Shown: positions 31,781 to 46,502 of the stretch, one piece after another
Numbering within the stretch: position 1 is the stretch's first letter
How the letters are laid out: each line of letters starts with the position of its first letter
Source of the DNA: Trypanosoma brucei
Lineage: Eukaryota
DNA length: 64,000 bases
NCBI GenBank assembly: GCA_000002445.1
Contig: CH464491.1
Span: forward strand, 3,680,001 to 3,744,000
Reading direction: 5' to 3'
Made by a program: the position numbers and the translations under genes
The notes under the pieces: model-generated
Database searches by the model: none
The model's input: only the letters and a program-made list of their open reading frames with translations
What the model was told of the DNA's origin: nothing

Positions 31781-32951
31781 GCCTGCTTGTTTTTGTTATA
31801 TTCTTCCTTTTTCCCTCCCCGCTAATGTGAACAGCAGGTGACTCGTATACAATGTAATTTAGTGACTCGCGTTCGCACGCATTTCAATTGGAGGTATGTG
31901 AACTTTTTTTTTTGTTCAGCCTCCTTTTTTTTTTGTTGCAGTGCACTCGTTGAGATGATTTGCTCGTGCGTTCATTACGTGTCATAAATATACGTGCATC
32001 GGTCTGTTTATATTTGTGCATTTGTAAGAAGTATTGTATCTGTTGTTGGTATGTAACGTGTTGCACCGCGTCGGCAACTCATTTCCCCCCCTTTATTCTT
32101 TTATGCTTCTGCGCTTTTAATTCTCCCATTTTTCTTTTTCTTTACGTATGTGTCTATTTCCTCATCCCCTTTCTGCAACGATACTGCGGTAACGGGAACA
32201 ATAGGACTTTAGGAGACAAAAAGAGAAAATAAAGCCACACAACGGGTAAGTGTGAAGGAAGGGAAACAACAGAAGAGTAAAAAACAAAGGAAGTGAAAAC
32301 GAAGCAAGGAGAAATAAAAGAAAGGTCAGCGAAAATTGGGAAAAAAGTGCAAAAAAAGAAAAGGAATTAGAAAGCCCCCAAACAAAAACATACGTTTATA
32401 GAAACAGCACCTATCAAGGAAAGTTAGAAGGAAGGAAATCCGTCCAAAAAGAAAAAAAAAGAGGTTGGTGCCAGTGACCGCAATCATAATCGCTTTTTGA
32501 TCTCTCAAGGACTTTCCACAGGAGGAAAGGGAAAGGAGGAGAGAAAAGCACATCAGTTTGCGAGTTTCTTGCATAGCGTAGAAACAGAGAGAACGAGAAA
32601 AGTGTTTCTGTCCCTAGTGATTTAAATAAGAGGAAGTTGACGCAAAGGGAGGAAACCAAGAGGAAGTGTAAAAGAGAGAGAGACGGAGGAGAATATATAT
32701 ATATATATATAAATATATATACTGTGTTTTTGTTTTTGAACTTTATTTTCCCATATTCGATAACCGGCGCGATTGTTTGATAAATCACTTCTGTCGTTGT
32801 GTTGATTGATTTGAATCCCTTGAAAAGTATTGAACCCGGAAACATCCGTCGGTTTCTCTGCACAGAGCTGTACGCCTTGTGCTGAAAAGCCGCAGACATT
32901 CAACCATAGGTATCCACTTCAACCCGAGCTTGTGCATCCTCCACGTGAGTA

Positions 32952-34502
32952 ATGGACAGCATCACTGCAAACGATTACGATACGGAGTCAATGAAAGGTT
33001 TGTACAATGTCACACTCGAGGTTACAAAGTCCCCCTCCGGGGTCCATAGTGACAACAATGGTGACGCCGATGAGGCAGAAACCAATAAAGGCTACAAAAA
33101 TGTCAATCCAGATTGTGTGAATGCATTAGCCGCCAATAACTCTCGCAAGCAGGAGGAGAAGTACCTCGCGATGTTTAACGATTTTAATTCACACAATCTA
33201 CTCGATGTCCCAGATTCTGCGAGTCCGCCAAGATATCAACCAACTCTCTCAGGTGTGGATTACACCTTTTCCTACGTGGGGTCATCCCCCTTCGCCTCTG
33301 TTGTGCAAACAAACGATGCAGATGGTACCCCGGAAGGAAGAATGGAGCCGCTTTCAGACGCGTACCCTTCTGCTAACGGAAACGCACATCAGTCGTCGGC
33401 AAATGAACCGTCAAACAATGCGCCCTGCGTTTACGCCTCCATTGAAACATCTCCACTGCAAGGCCGTCGTCTTAATTTTCGAGCGTTTCTCACGAAGAAA
33501 ACCGTCCCCACTTCGATTATGAAAGAGGGCCAGGCTGGAGTGTTTGTTGGGCAGCTTCCTTCCACTTACACGGAGGAGGATACTGCTGCGTTGCTACGGG
33601 CGATTGGTGACGACGCGGGTGTACCAGTTCACGTACGAGACGTGAAGAGTCACAACCAAAGCCGTACATGCGCCTTCGTAACAGTCAATCAAGGGGCTCT
33701 GCAGGTGCTACTTGGCTATTCGAAGCGTGTTTTGTGTGATTCCGTTTGCGTATGGGTTGTAGAACCTGAGAAGGCACAGTATCTGAAGGACTTTGTAGAT
33801 GGATTGGTGCGGGAGCGATTGCGTGGCGTCCCGAAGGCAGCACTTGTGTTGGAACAACTCACACCGCAGTATGTAAGAGGGCAGGCTAGTGGCGGAAAGG
33901 AGTGGAAAGGTGCAAGTCCCCATGGAAGAGATGTTATGGGTCCTGTGGATGGTTTCTTTATGGCAATGCCCACTATGATAACTTCCACCGCTCCTCCACC
34001 ACCGCCGCCCAATGGCTCCGAAGGCCAAGTTGTCGCAGGCACTCATATGCCGATGAGTGTTTTGATGCCTTCGTGGGGAGCCGTCCAGCAAACGGCGGGA
34101 AGACGACCCACCGCTGCTCCTAACGGGTCGCAGGTGGTGGGTGCATTTCCTGGTGCTAATATTTATGGTAATCCAGGTGCTTGCTTTATTGCGGTACCTC
34201 CACCAGGCCCTGTTGCGGCTCGTTCACAGCAAGTGAATCTTTGCGTGATGGCCCCGGGTACGGGCGCTATGCAACCGGTGCCATATGTAACAAATTATGC
34301 CGGTGGAAATATGTACGCCCAAGCCGCCACTGCTGGTAGTGCCCCTGCTACGGTAACTATGCAACAGGCGGGTACGAGTGCATCACCCGTGCAAGTTGGA
34401 ATGGGTGGTTTCGGCCAGCAGGTTGCAGGTGGCTCTACCGTATATTTGCAATCCGTCCCACCTTATGCGTTACATCAGGTATTGCAGCAGCCGCAACAAT
34501 AG
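32952..34502 (+). CDS. putative RNA-binding protein with RRM-like domain and Q/G/P/A-rich low-complexity C-terminus
   Basis: RNP2-like GVFVGQLP and RNP1-like RTCAFVTV lie within a ~80-aa block (aa ~185-265). The C-terminal ~200 aa are rich in P, G, A, Q, M and V (PPPPPNGSEGQ..., QQPQQ end), i.e. prion-like. Confidence 0.62.
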   Translation: MDSITANDYDTESMKGLYNVTLEVTKSPSGVHSDNNGDADEAETNKGYKNVNPDCVNALAANNSRKQEEKYLAMFNDFNSHNLLDVPDSASPPRYQPTLSGVDYTFSYVGSSPFASVVQTNDADGTPEGRMEPLSDAYPSANGNAHQSSANEPSNNAPCVYASIETSPLQGRRLNFRAFLTKKTVPTSIMKEGQAGVFVGQLPSTYTEEDTAALLRAIGDDAGVPVHVRDVKSHNQSRTCAFVTVNQGALQVLLGYSKRVLCDSVCVWVVEPEKAQYLKDFVDGLVRERLRGVPKAALVLEQLTPQYVRGQASGGKEWKGASPHGRDVMGPVDGFFMAMPTMITSTAPPPPPPNGSEGQVVAGTHMPMSVLMPSWGAVQQTAGRRPTAAPNGSQVVGAFPGANIYGNPGACFIAVPPPGPVAARSQQVNLCVMAPGTGAMQPVPYVTNYAGGNMYAQAATAGSAPATVTMQQAGTSASPVQVGMGGFGQQVAGGSTVYLQSVPPYALHQVLQQPQQ

Positions 34503-37500
34503 GGGGAAAGTGTGCGTGTGAGTAAAAACCTGCCCTTCGTCCTTTCGACTCATGTTTGCGTATATAAATATATATATATATATTTATTTTTATATGTGTG
34601 TGTGTTTGCGACATTTGATGGTGGAAACTATTTTGACACGAAACGCTTTTCTTTTCTTGACTGTATATTTACGTGATCGTACACCACTTCTTGTGCTTTT
34701 GTTTTTGTTTTTCTTGTTATTTATGATTCGAACAGTATTTGGGAAAGTTTGTTGGTTTGTTTGTTTTTTGTCGATATTGCTTTTTGGGAGTATTTTTGTT
34801 TTTTTTTTGTAGAAGATGATACTAATGCTAAACACAAGGGATATTTGTAAATACAGCAAAGATATGAAGTCGAAACAATAACAAAGAAAAAAAGCTTTAA
34901 AAAAAAATCACTCTACCAGCGTGAGCATCTTACAGAGTTTGGAGCAGTCGTAAATTTCCTCTTTTATTTGGTTGATCAAATCATTTGTCCTTTTTTTTTC
35001 TTTGTATCACTTCTATTTTTTCTTTATTTCTCGTTGAAAGAGGACAGAGACGAGAGGAATTCGCTGCTCTAATGATGTTGGGTGACTCAAAGGAATTGTG
35101 ATTTCTTTTTTTTTTTCCTTTTTTCCTTTTTTTTTCTTCGTTACCTTATTTGAATGGGAAAGGGAGGGAAAGGATGAGCGTTTGAAATGAAGGAGAGTTG
35201 AGTCTGACTCCCCCATTCCTTCAAAATATTATTTAAAAAAAATGACAAATAATATTTAATAACTAATATACGATAAAGTGAAGAAAAAAATGGGGATAAT
35301 TTTTTTTTTTATTTAAAACAAAGTCAAGAAAGAAAAAAAAGAAGGAAAGAAAATATCGACAATAGTGAACACGCTGCCTGTCGATTTTTTTTTTCTTTCC
35401 TTCTTTTTTTTCTTTTCTTTCATTTTCCTATTTTCTTGTGTGGGATTTGTGACGGTGGGGACATCACCCCAACTATGGGAACCGTGGGATATAATTTGGG
35501 AAGTGAAATAAATAAATAAATGGAAAAACTCATCGCACTGTTGTGGATAAAAACAATACCAATGGAGTGAATGAGTAAATTGAAAAAAAAATCAGATTTA
35601 AATAAATAAACAAAGGAATGGGGGAAAATGAAATTAAAATAAGGGAAAAAACAAAAATCATCCCGACAGCGCTTGAGTGGGTGAAGACGAAGTTAAAGCA
35701 TAATTAATGGGAGAAGGGAAGAGGGAAAAAATCAATGGCGTACGGAATATATAAATAAATTTAATATGTAAGTTGTAAGATGATATATAAATAAACAAAT
35801 ATATATATATATTAACACATACAAAAAAGGGCAAACGTAAAGTGAGGGGTATGTGTATGTTTTGTATACGTGGAGTGCGGTAGCTTTGGAATGAACGAGA
35901 GGGAAAAGGAAAACAAGAAGCGAGTCGGTGGGTGTACACAACAACAATATAAAAGAGAAATAATAATAATAATAATAATAATATATATATTTGTATAAAT
36001 ATGATAGAAAGTGTGATGAAAGGGAAGTGGTGCTGGTGCTTATTCGTTTAGGTTTTTCTTTTCTCTAAAAGTTTTCCACTTGTTTGGTTTTGTAAACTCA
36101 ATGATGCACATAATTGAAGTGTGACAACAGTTTTGAGCCGGTTATCTTTTTTTTTTGTTTTGCACGCTAGTGGAGGAAAAGAAATTGAGGACAAGAATAT
36201 GAAAGTTTCACACAAATACACAAATAAATAGTTAAAGCGCGCACATTTACAAAAAAATATGAGAGAAGGAAGCCCTGTCCTCAATTGTTATCTTTATTAT
36301 TATTGTTATTATTATTTTTTTCCCCCTTAGCGTTGCTTTCTCATGTCTTCTCTTTTTTTCTTTTTTACTCTTTTTACTTTTTTTTACTTTTTTTTTTAAA
36401 AAAATATTTTACTTCTTCATTGTATTTGCCTCTGTTCGTTCACACCTTTCTTTTACTTTTTTTTTTCTCCCCGTTCGTGTTTTTTTTTTTGACTGCTTAC
36501 GCTTTCCTTTGTTTTTGTTTTTTGTTATATTATTTTGGTTGAACGTATAACTTCTTCGCGTTGTCGTATACCATATGACCAGAAGAAAGGAGAATTAAAG
36601 GAAAAAAGAAAAAGAAAAAGAAAACAAAAATAAAAGAAAAGAAAGGACGCTTTCATTTTTTTTTTCCCCCTTTCCTTTTCTTTTGCAATCCCTTTTTTCT
36701 TTTCTTTTCTCTTTCCTTTTTTTTCTTTGCGTGTGTTTTTTTTTTTTTACATTTCCCTCACATTTTAAGAGATGAGAGAAGGAACGAGTTAGTGATGTAA
36801 TATGAAAAAAGAGGAAAAAAGAAAACAATATTGACGAGAGGATATATATATATATATGCTTTGAATGAAAAAAAAAATAAAGTAATGATTAAAAAATCAC
36901 TGATTTTATTATTACTATTATTATTACTGTTATTATTATTATTACTCATATCAGCTTACTCATAGTTGTCGTTGACTGTGTTTTGTTTCTTATTATTTTT
37001 ATTTCCGTGCTTCTTTTCGGTTTATTTCCGTTTGGTACACTTTTGGACCAATGGAAGAAAAAAAAAAAAAGAAAATAAATGAAACGAAAAGAGAGAATTT
37101 CTCACTCTTTGTTTATTTTACTTTCCTTACTTTTTCTCTTTTTCTTTTTTTTTCTCAAATTTTTTTGTTAAAATTCTTTTCTTTCTGTCGTTGTGTTCCC
37201 ATGAAACCGTGTTGGTAACACTGACAAAGAAAGAAAGGGGATTATTTTATATTTACCAGGGAGAAAAAGAAAAAAAAAAGGTAAATAACAATGAAGCAAC
37301 AGATGAAAACAGAAGCAACAAAATATAGATAAAAAGAAGGAAAAAAGAAAAAGAAAAAAAGGAGAAGAAAAAAAAAAGAGAAAGAACTTTTAGGACAAAA
37401 CATGAAACAAAGCAAAAAAAAAAGAAAAAATGAAAAAAAAAAGAACAAACACACACTAAAAACACGAAAGAAAGGAAAAGGAAAAGGAAAAGAAAAAGAA

Positions 37501-40500
37501 AAAATGAAAAAAAAAAGAAAAACACGTTTGTATTTAATAATGGGGAAATGGAGTCCCTTTCTTTTCATTTCATTTCTTTCCTTCTTTATTCTCTCTCACA
37601 TAGATGGACAGTACGAGATATGCATTCACAGCAAACCAAAAAAATAAATAAATAAATAAAACAACCACTAATGATAATAATAACAGCGACAGCTAAATAT
37701 ATTAGTTTATGTTGCTTTTTTTCTTTTTTCTTTTTTCTTTTTTGTTTTTAACACTTTCACTCACTCTTTCACTTTTCCTCTTGTGTTATATATTTTTACA
37801 TTTTTATATTTTGAAATTTTTTTTTTTAAAAAATGCGCGGGCCCCCCCTTTTATTAAAGTTCCACCCCCCATTTCCCTTTCCACTGGCCTTCTTTTTTTT
37901 TTTTTATCTTTTTTTTTTAAAGGAGGAAAAAAAAGCAACAACAGCAACGACAAAAAGAGAGAAGTGAAGGAATGAAAATGAAAATGAAATAAATGGAGGT
38001 GCGTGTGTTGGGGGTTTGGGGGAGGGAAAATGAAATTTCAGTTTTTGGGCCCGTGCTTCACCTCAAACAAAAATAAAAAATAAAAAAGAATAATAATAAT
38101 AATAACAACAACAACTATTATTATTACTGTTAAAAAAAAGGAGATTTTTTTTCTTTTTTGGAGAGATGGAAGGAAGGGAAAATATTTTTGTGTTTGATGT
38201 TTGTGGGTGTGTGCGTTTTGATGTTCTTATGTCGTTTTTTTTGTTTTTTTGTTTTATTTTGTTCCCCTTTTGTATACTTATTTATGTAATGGAAGTGGAG
38301 AGGAAAAGAATGAGGAGAGAGGTGAATAAAATAAAGATAATAAAAAAAATAAAAGTAATAACACAACGTTATATCAAATGCAATGGAAGAGAGAAACAAG
38401 AGGAAGGGGGAAAAAATGAAAAAAAAAAAGGAAACACACATTTTTTGAACATGCACTTGAACGCTTGAATGAATAAGCGGATGTATGAATACAAATTAAA
38501 GAAAAAAAACAGGTGGAGTATATGAAAAATATGAATGGAGAAAATGAAAGACATGTTGAATTCGTTGAATTGCATTTGGTTGAAATGAAATGAAAAGAGA
38601 AGAAAAGAAAAGATGTACGTATGAATGAATGGATGATTGAAAGCATTACATTGACGAAAGAAAGAAAAGAGAGAAAAGTATACGAGAAAAAACACACATA
38701 CATACACATGAGTACATATATATATTTTTATACATTAGTATATGTTTATATAAATGTGTATGTATCAAACAAACAAACAAAAGAAAGTAAATATGTGATG
38801 GAGAGGCAGAACAAATTGAAGGAAATATTGCGAATGTTTCAGCAGAGAATAAAAACTGGAAAACAAAAAGAAAAAGGAAAAAGGAAAAAGAAAGAAAGAG
38901 AGGGAACGGAACAGCAATAGCACCCATACACACATACACAAACAGAAAAAAAAAAAAGAACAAAAGAAAAACAAAGGCAGAAACAAGAGCGATTAACAGA
39001 AACATTTTTTTTTAAAAAAAAGAGAAAGAAAGAAAGAAGGAAAGAGAAAGAAAATTTAAGTTGAAATTTTTATTTCTTTTCAACTTAAAACGTTTGTGGT
39101 GACGGCTGTGAAGGAAAGTAATAATAATGAGATGGATGATGGAGGGGAGCCCAACGTGGAGATGAAAAGAGCGTTTTATTTTGTTTTAATTTTTCCTTGA
39201 ACACTGAAGGGGGAGGGAAGCTTCTTTTTTTTTTTTCACTTAAAAAAAAAAAATTAAAACTCTGCGAGAGCAGAGAAGAGGGGAGGTGTGGAGATCTTCT
39301 TTTTTTTCTTTTTATCTTTAAATAAGTATCAATTAGATAATGGAGGGACGAGTTTATTAATATAAATTCTGTAGAAGGATACAGAACGACAAACTAATTG
39401 AAATATGAAAGGAAAAAAAAATGAAAATAATAACAATAATAATAATATTAAGGTAGGAGAAAGTCAGTTATTTACAAATTAATCAAACGTCTCACATGCA
39501 CCTCACACATTGAAAGGAAGGAAAGTAAATAGATCAATTAATTAATTAATTCAAAGGCCGATGGAAGTGAAAGGAGTGAAAGAAAAAGAAAAATGAAATA
39601 AAATAACAAAGACAGAAAAAAGAAAAAGACCAAACAAAAGAAGTGGTGTTGCGTATATTTGTACCGAATGGGAAGCCAATGGCGCAAGGCGGTGAGTTGA
39701 AGGGGACTTTTTTTTTTTGTGGAAGTTCCACCTTTTGCTCTTGCTTATTTTTTTTTTTTAAAAAAGAATTTAAATGCTTTTATTTTTCTTTTTTCTTTTT
39801 CTTCTTCTTTTTCGTTTTGTCACGCTGATATTATCAACTTCACCGTCCGTTTCGCTATTTTTGTTTTGTCTTCCTTCACTTCCTTTCCGTCAAAACGTTA
39901 AGCGGCAAAGCGAAAACAAAAAAAAGGTGTGGGGATGGGAGTGGGAAAAAAAAAATGGAAAATTTTCGTGAGAGTTTTTTTTTTTGTGGGAGAATTATAA
40001 TATTTGGTGGAAATTTTCTTTTTTCTTTTTGTTTTTTTTTAATTTTGTAAGTTGAACGAAACAAAATATATATATTTCTATGGATGAAAATGCGCATACA
40101 AAAGTGCATCGTAATTTTGAAAATATGAGGGATAATAAAAAAGGATTAAAAAAAAAAGAGAAGAGAAGCGTAGGGAATAGCTACTTTTCTTTTCCTTTTT
40201 TATTTTATTTTTCGTTGTAACATTAAACTATTTGAAGAAACTAAAGCGATGGGAGGGGAATAAATAATAATAATAATAATGATAAGAGAGAAAGAGATAT
40301 GGAGGAATAGATAAAAGATAAATTTTGCATTTTATGCGTATGTGTGAAGGAGATGGGAGAGGTGTGAAATATAAATTTATAAATAAAGGGAAATGGACCA
40401 AAAGGAGAGAGAGGGGTTGGAACAGAGGAGGAGGAGGAGGAGGAAAAAAAAAAGAAAGACAGGAAGAATAAAAATACAATTAAGAGGAAAACCTGAAGGA

Positions 40501-43500
40501 TAGCAAAAAATATATCAACAAAGAAACAAAAAAAAACAAAAAAAATAAAATGCTTGGTTGCATGACATAATATGAACATGCAATACTTTGATGGATTTTT
40601 CTTTTTCTTTTTTTTTTCTTTGGAGGGAGAGGTGTATGGGAGTGGGGTTTGCCTATCTTTTTGTTTAGTTTTGTACGCCATTCCTTTTTATTTTTATTTT
40701 GTTATTTACTTATATTCATTTATATTGTTGTATTTTTCCATTTGTACGCCATATGCACGTGTGAGATACGCGCTCACATTTTTGGCTCCCACTTGTTAAT
40801 TTCGTTCTTGTTTTTTTTTGTTTGTGTGTGTGGCTCCTTTTCCGCCCTCTTTTCTTTTCTTTCCCTTTTTTTTTGTTTTTTGCATTTGTATTTGCATTTG
40901 TGTGACTCATGCTGCTGCTTTGAATATCACATTTTTTTTTTTGTGAATCTGTAGAGTCGAAGACGGTGAGATGATGATATCAAAGAAAAAAAAAGAAAAG
41001 GGAAAACAAAAAAAATGTTAATGAAAAAAATGTATTGAAAAAAAAAGAGAAATACAAAAAAGGCACAAATGGAAATTAAGTCACGGAGGAAGTGGCTGTG
41101 TTAAGTTTTGTTTTCCTTTTGGCTCTTATAAATATATGTTTGCATTATATTGTGCCTTTTTTGTATTTCTTTTTTTTTTTTGTTAGGGAACTGCTTTTTA
41201 TTTTCCTTATTTTGGAGAGTCTCTGGAAAGAAAAAAAAACAATCGAAATAGGTGAATAGCGGAAATCGACAGTGCATGAAAAAAGAAAAAATGAAAAAAA
41301 AAGGAAAATGAGATTCATTTGAGGAAATATTTCGAAAAGAAAAGATTTGGTACATTACGGCTTCTCATTTGTGTTATGTTTTGAAGTTGATGAAAGCACA
41401 GACATGTAAGTGTGTGCTTGAAGATGTATATATTTATATATTTATATATGAATGGAGGATTTTTTTTTTCCAAGAGAAAAATCATTATTGTGAAGGTCAC
41501 GCACCGCTTCCTTTTCTTGTATATATTTGTATTGAAGAAAAAGAAAATGGAAATGGAAATCCATACGGTTGCTTATAATATAAATATGGACGACAGGACA
41601 GAAGATATAACATTGATATGAAGGAGGGAGAAAGAGAAAAAGAAAAAAAGAAAGAGAAAGGAATGTGATATTATTTTATCATATGGTACACAATGGTGAA
41701 ATGCATTGTCGTCCGCTTCTTCTTTCTTTCTTTTTTTTAAAAAAAAACTGTTTGTTTGATTTCTAATTTTATTCCTTAATGTGAAGCGATGCCACAGGCC
41801 TCGTTTTTTTCTTTTTCTTTTTCTCCTTGTTTTTTCGTGCTTTTTAACTTTCGCTACTCTTTCATTGCTTCTGTTGCTGCTGTCGTCAATATCATACTCG
41901 CTTTTTTTTTTCAAATTAATTCTCTTCCGCTACGGTGGGGCGGGCGGTGCCGCGTATCCCCTTCAACTTTCCAACATTTTAAGCGGTTCCTTCAAAATAT
42001 ATTTTTAAAAAATGAAAAAAATGAAAAAAAAATCAAGAGAAAACAGAAATGGAAATGTGAGAGAAGGGGGAGGGGAAAAAAAAAAAGAAGAAAAGGCACC
42101 ACCACGCTTTTGGATATCCGCACATGACTGATGTGCGTTTCTTTTTTTTTTTTTGCTGTGATAGGTTTATTATTATTATTAATATTATTAATATTACCAT
42201 CTTTTTTTTTTTTTAAAGAAAAAACTTTTTCGCTCTTCGCTCCTTTGAATAATATGCTAGCGGGAAGCGAAATATGTCCATTGTTCCTTTTGTTTCTTGC
42301 TTCTGTACGTGTTTTCTTTCCCCCCTCTTTTTTATTGCTTTGCTTCAGTAGGAAAATTAGTGGAGGTTGAATATATATTTCAGTTCGGAAGAAGAGGAGG
42401 AAATAAAATATGAAATGAAATAAAAAAAAATGAAATGAAAATTAAATTAAATTTGAGCAGAGAGAGGCTCCAAGGGAAGTAAATAAAATTAAGAAAACAA
42501 CAACAACAACAAAGAATGAATGATTTAATTAATTAACATAAATGAATAGGAGAGGAGTCAGGTGAGAAGATGAGAAGGAAGGGTAAAAGATTTGAATAAA
42601 TCGGAGAGATTTATCCGTTTGGTTGTTTTTGGAGAAGCGAAACTTTAAACTCTTTTCTTTCCTGATTTGTTTTTTTCTCCTGTACATTGTTTTCTATATA
42701 TATATAAATATATATATATGTATTCTTTATGTATGTATGCATTTATGTATTTGCTTCATCTTCTGCAGGCCCATCCATCCATTCATCCATCCTAAAATGA
42801 AAGTAATATATAAATATTGCAAACAACAAAAGGAAAATAATTTTATATAATTTTTTTTTTTCGTGTGGGGGTGTATGCAGATGAGATTTTATATTGCGTT
42901 TTGGTGCTCAATCAACACCATCACAGCTGGTGGAGAGTTTTTTTGTTAGAAGAAAAAAAAAGAAAGCAAAAAAGAGAAGAAAAGGATAATAATAAAAAAA
43001 AAGAGTGTTTTGGGGGAAATGGAGAGAATTAAAAAATAAGAAGAAATAATACCAGTGAGTTGCATGGGATTGTGGTACATAAATTATTCCGTAGCGATAT
43101 TTCTTCTTTTTTTTCTTTTTTACATTTTAATTGAAGGGCTGCCGCACAGACGCCTTCCTTTTATGCCTTTGGACTACAATAATTTATGGAGTTTCACTTT
43201 ACTTTTTTCTTTTGGGTTTTTTTGTTTTGTTTTCGGTGGAAACAATCCGTTGTTATAATTATAAATAAGTGAGTGTGAACAGGAGGTGTTATTTTATTAA
43301 TTTTCTCATTACTGTTGTTGTAAACGTTTATTACTGTTTTCTGTTTTGCATCGCTTGGGTGCTTGTGTGTGGTTTATTTGTATTTGTGTCGGAAGCATAT
43401 AAATATAAGTTTTTTTTTAAAAAAAAGAATAAATTTATTTGTATTTTGTTACTGTTTTTTTTTTCCCCTTTGCTTCCGCTGTTGTTGTTATTGCTGTTGT

Positions 43501-44050
43501 TCGGTTTTACATCCCTATGGCACGACGTTAAGCAAAATTTTTATTTTTCGATTCAAACGATTCTTCAGACGATTTCTTCGTATGCTTCTTCCATTTTCCC
43601 TAATCGCTTTTTCATGTCTGTTTTTGTTCGTTTTTTTTTTTGTACTTCACTGATTGCTCACTACTTCCGCTTCCCTCTTCCCTCTTTTCTCTTCTCCATT
43701 ACTTTTTATTTTTATTATTTTATTGTTATTATCAATATTATTATTATTATTACTGCTCGCATATTGCAGGGGTTTGAGCGAGGAGAAAAGGAGGAAAATA
43801 GTATATATATATATATATATATATAATTTATATAATATATATAATATATTTATATATTTTTCAGAGTGGTTGTGCACTTTAGGGACATCGTCTCGTTTTC
43901 GTATCTCCTCCCCACACACAAAAAGAAAAATTATGCAAATTTACGTCGCTGCTGTTAACTTCCTTTTGTTGTTTTTTTTTCTTATATTCATTCCTTATTT
44001 CATTTAAATTATATTGTAACCGTCTTACATCATTATTAGTGTCGTCATTA

Positions 44051-44099
44051 CTATTATTATTATTATTACCGTTGAGTTGTTGTTGTTGTTGTTGTTGTT
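44051..44099 (+). repeat. (ATT)n-(GTT)n compound microsatellite
   Basis: ctattattattattattaccgttgagttgttgttgttgttgttgttgtt read directly. Confidence 0.85.
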
Positions 44100-44708
44100 C
44101 TTTGTGTGTTTATTTATCTATGAAATGTTACTGTTACTATTACCTGATGTTCGTTGATGCCGTCTCTGTTTTTTTTCTTCTGTTTCTTATGTTTTATTTT
44201 CTTCTTTTTTTCCCCCTTTTTTTTTCCTCCTCCCCGCCATTACCCGTTGATTTGTTATTTCCGGCTCCTCCAACCTGCCGTCAACAACTATTTCTCTCTC
44301 TTTTTTCTCTCTCTCTTTTTTTTTGATTTATTATTTCGTTCACTGCCATCTTTTCTTTACCTTTTTAGTTTTTTTTTTGTTTTCCATTCCGTTACTTTGT
44401 GTATTTGATGCCGCTGCCGCTTTTGGAGGAAGGACAAATAACCCAAGTGGTGTGATGATTATCATCACAAAAAGTAATAGTAATATCAATATTTGTTTTT
44501 TTGTTGTTATTATTAATAATTAAGAGAAAAAAGTTATCATTTTTTTTTCTTGGTTTTTGATATTGAGTGGTATGGGAAAGCTGAATATAGAAATATATAT
44601 CTCGAAAGCGAAGAGTCGAAACGGTACATGAAACTTAAGATCATTTTCTTCTTTTTTTTAATTTGTTTTTTACTTTTTTCCTTCTTCTTTCACATATACA
44701 CACATATA

Positions 44709-44739
<31 letters not shown>

Positions 44740-44840
44740 TGTGTAAGTGTATTTTTATGTATGTATGTGTGTAACCCTTCTATAAGGGCTCGGAGGAAAA
44801 AAAAGTAAAAGATAAAATAAAATAAAATGAAAAGAAATGC

Positions 44841-44865
44841 AATGGAATGGAATGAAATGAAATGG
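44841..44865 (+). repeat. (AATGR)5 pentanucleotide repeat
   Basis: aatggaatggaatgaaatgaaatgg. Related aatgaaatgaaa motifs recur at ~37971, 38571, 42411 and 45826. Confidence 0.7.
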
Positions 44866-46450
44866 AAAGAAGTAAATTAAATGAGTGGAGGAAAATTTAT
44901 AAAGTTGATTACTTTGGTTTTTTTATATTTATTTATCGTTTGGTACGTGTGCGTGCATGCGTGTGAGGTGTGCTGTCCCAGAACATATCATATCATATTA
45001 TATTATAATATAATAAAATATATCTTTGCGTATCTTTTTTTTTTTTTGCACACAGGTATATATAAATATATAAATAAATAATAAATAAATAATAATAATA
45101 ATATATATATATATTTGGCATTTTCCCTGAAGGAAATGCTTTTATTATGTCAGAAGGAAGGGGGAAAACAAAAAAAAAATAATTTCATATGGACAACAAC
45201 AACAGCAACAAAACTTTTCTTTTAAAATGTCTGCTGAAAGCGAGGTGTTTGAATGTTTTTTTGTTTTTTCTTTAATTTTTACCTTCTTTCCGTTTCTTTT
45301 TATTCAAAGGGTTCCTCTTCATATACGGACGTAATATTATATATTATATCAAAATATTAACATGTTGTCCGGACCCTTGTGCGAGTGTGTTTTATTCATT
45401 TATTTTGTTTTATTTTGTTTTTAAAAATATATAATTCATGCATGGTGGCAGTTCCACCACGCTGAGCGATATTGGACAAACAAACATCGAAAGTGAAAAA
45501 TATTAATAAAAATAGTAATAATAATGATAATAGTGGTGATGAAGGAAATAAGAACAAAAAAAAGGTAAATAAGTGGAAAGTAAGAAGAAAAAGAAGTTGC
45601 AACTCAGAAAAATTATTAGAAATTTGAAAAAAAAATAAAGGAAGGTAAAGCAGCTGAACTTCCGTGATCCTTCCGCTGGATCATTTTTTTTTTTTAATCC
45701 TTCTTTTCTTTTCTTTTGTGCTTGCGCTTGCTTCCCTTTCTTTTCTCTGTTTCCCCCTTATTTTTGTTAAAATTTGTGTTAGCCACGGACCACGTCAGGG
45801 AATATCACAAAAAGAGAAAACAAAACAAAAAAATGAAATGAAATGATATGAAGTAAAAAATAAATACAGAAATAAATATAGTTAAACCCAAACATATTCA
45901 TATGCCTACAGCCTACTGTCAGGCGGGTCTGAAAGGAAAATGAGAAATGAATGTTTTCACTTTAAATTCTAATATTTACTGCACATTTTCTTTTTTGTCT
46001 GTCCTTTTTTTTCTTTATCCCCCTCTTCTCCTCTACCCTTCTTAAAATTCATTTTCCCCCGTGCACTTATTTGGCAAATATTACCATTACCATCACCATT
46101 ACAACTTCCACCTCTTCCTTTTTGCATCATTTGTTCCCACTTTTTTTCCCCCTCTTTTCTATTTTTCGTGTATTTGCCTTTCCCTTTGTCATTACTCTTC
46201 TTTTTTTCTTACTTTTTCTTTTTTTACTTTTTTTCCTTAATATTAAATATCATTTCTTATGCGCACAACCATTTCTTCGTGCTTCTTTTTTTTTTTGTTC
46301 CCCCATTTCCCCCTCCTTTTCCGCCTAAATATGCATTTACTTCGTGTTCCGCTGATGTATTTACTTTTTGTCTTAAGGTGAGACATGAGAGGACGTGAGA
46401 TAAAATGAAAAGGGGACGAAAAATACTGAAGGAATTTTATCGAATGATCG

Positions 46451-46502
46451 CCGATTATTATTACTATTATTACTACTACTATTATTATTATTATTACTAC
46501 TG
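46451..46502 (+). repeat. (TTA/TAC)n trinucleotide repeat
   Basis: gattattattactattattactactactattattattattattactactg gives poly-Tyr (YYYYYY) in ORF 46405. Confidence 0.85.
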
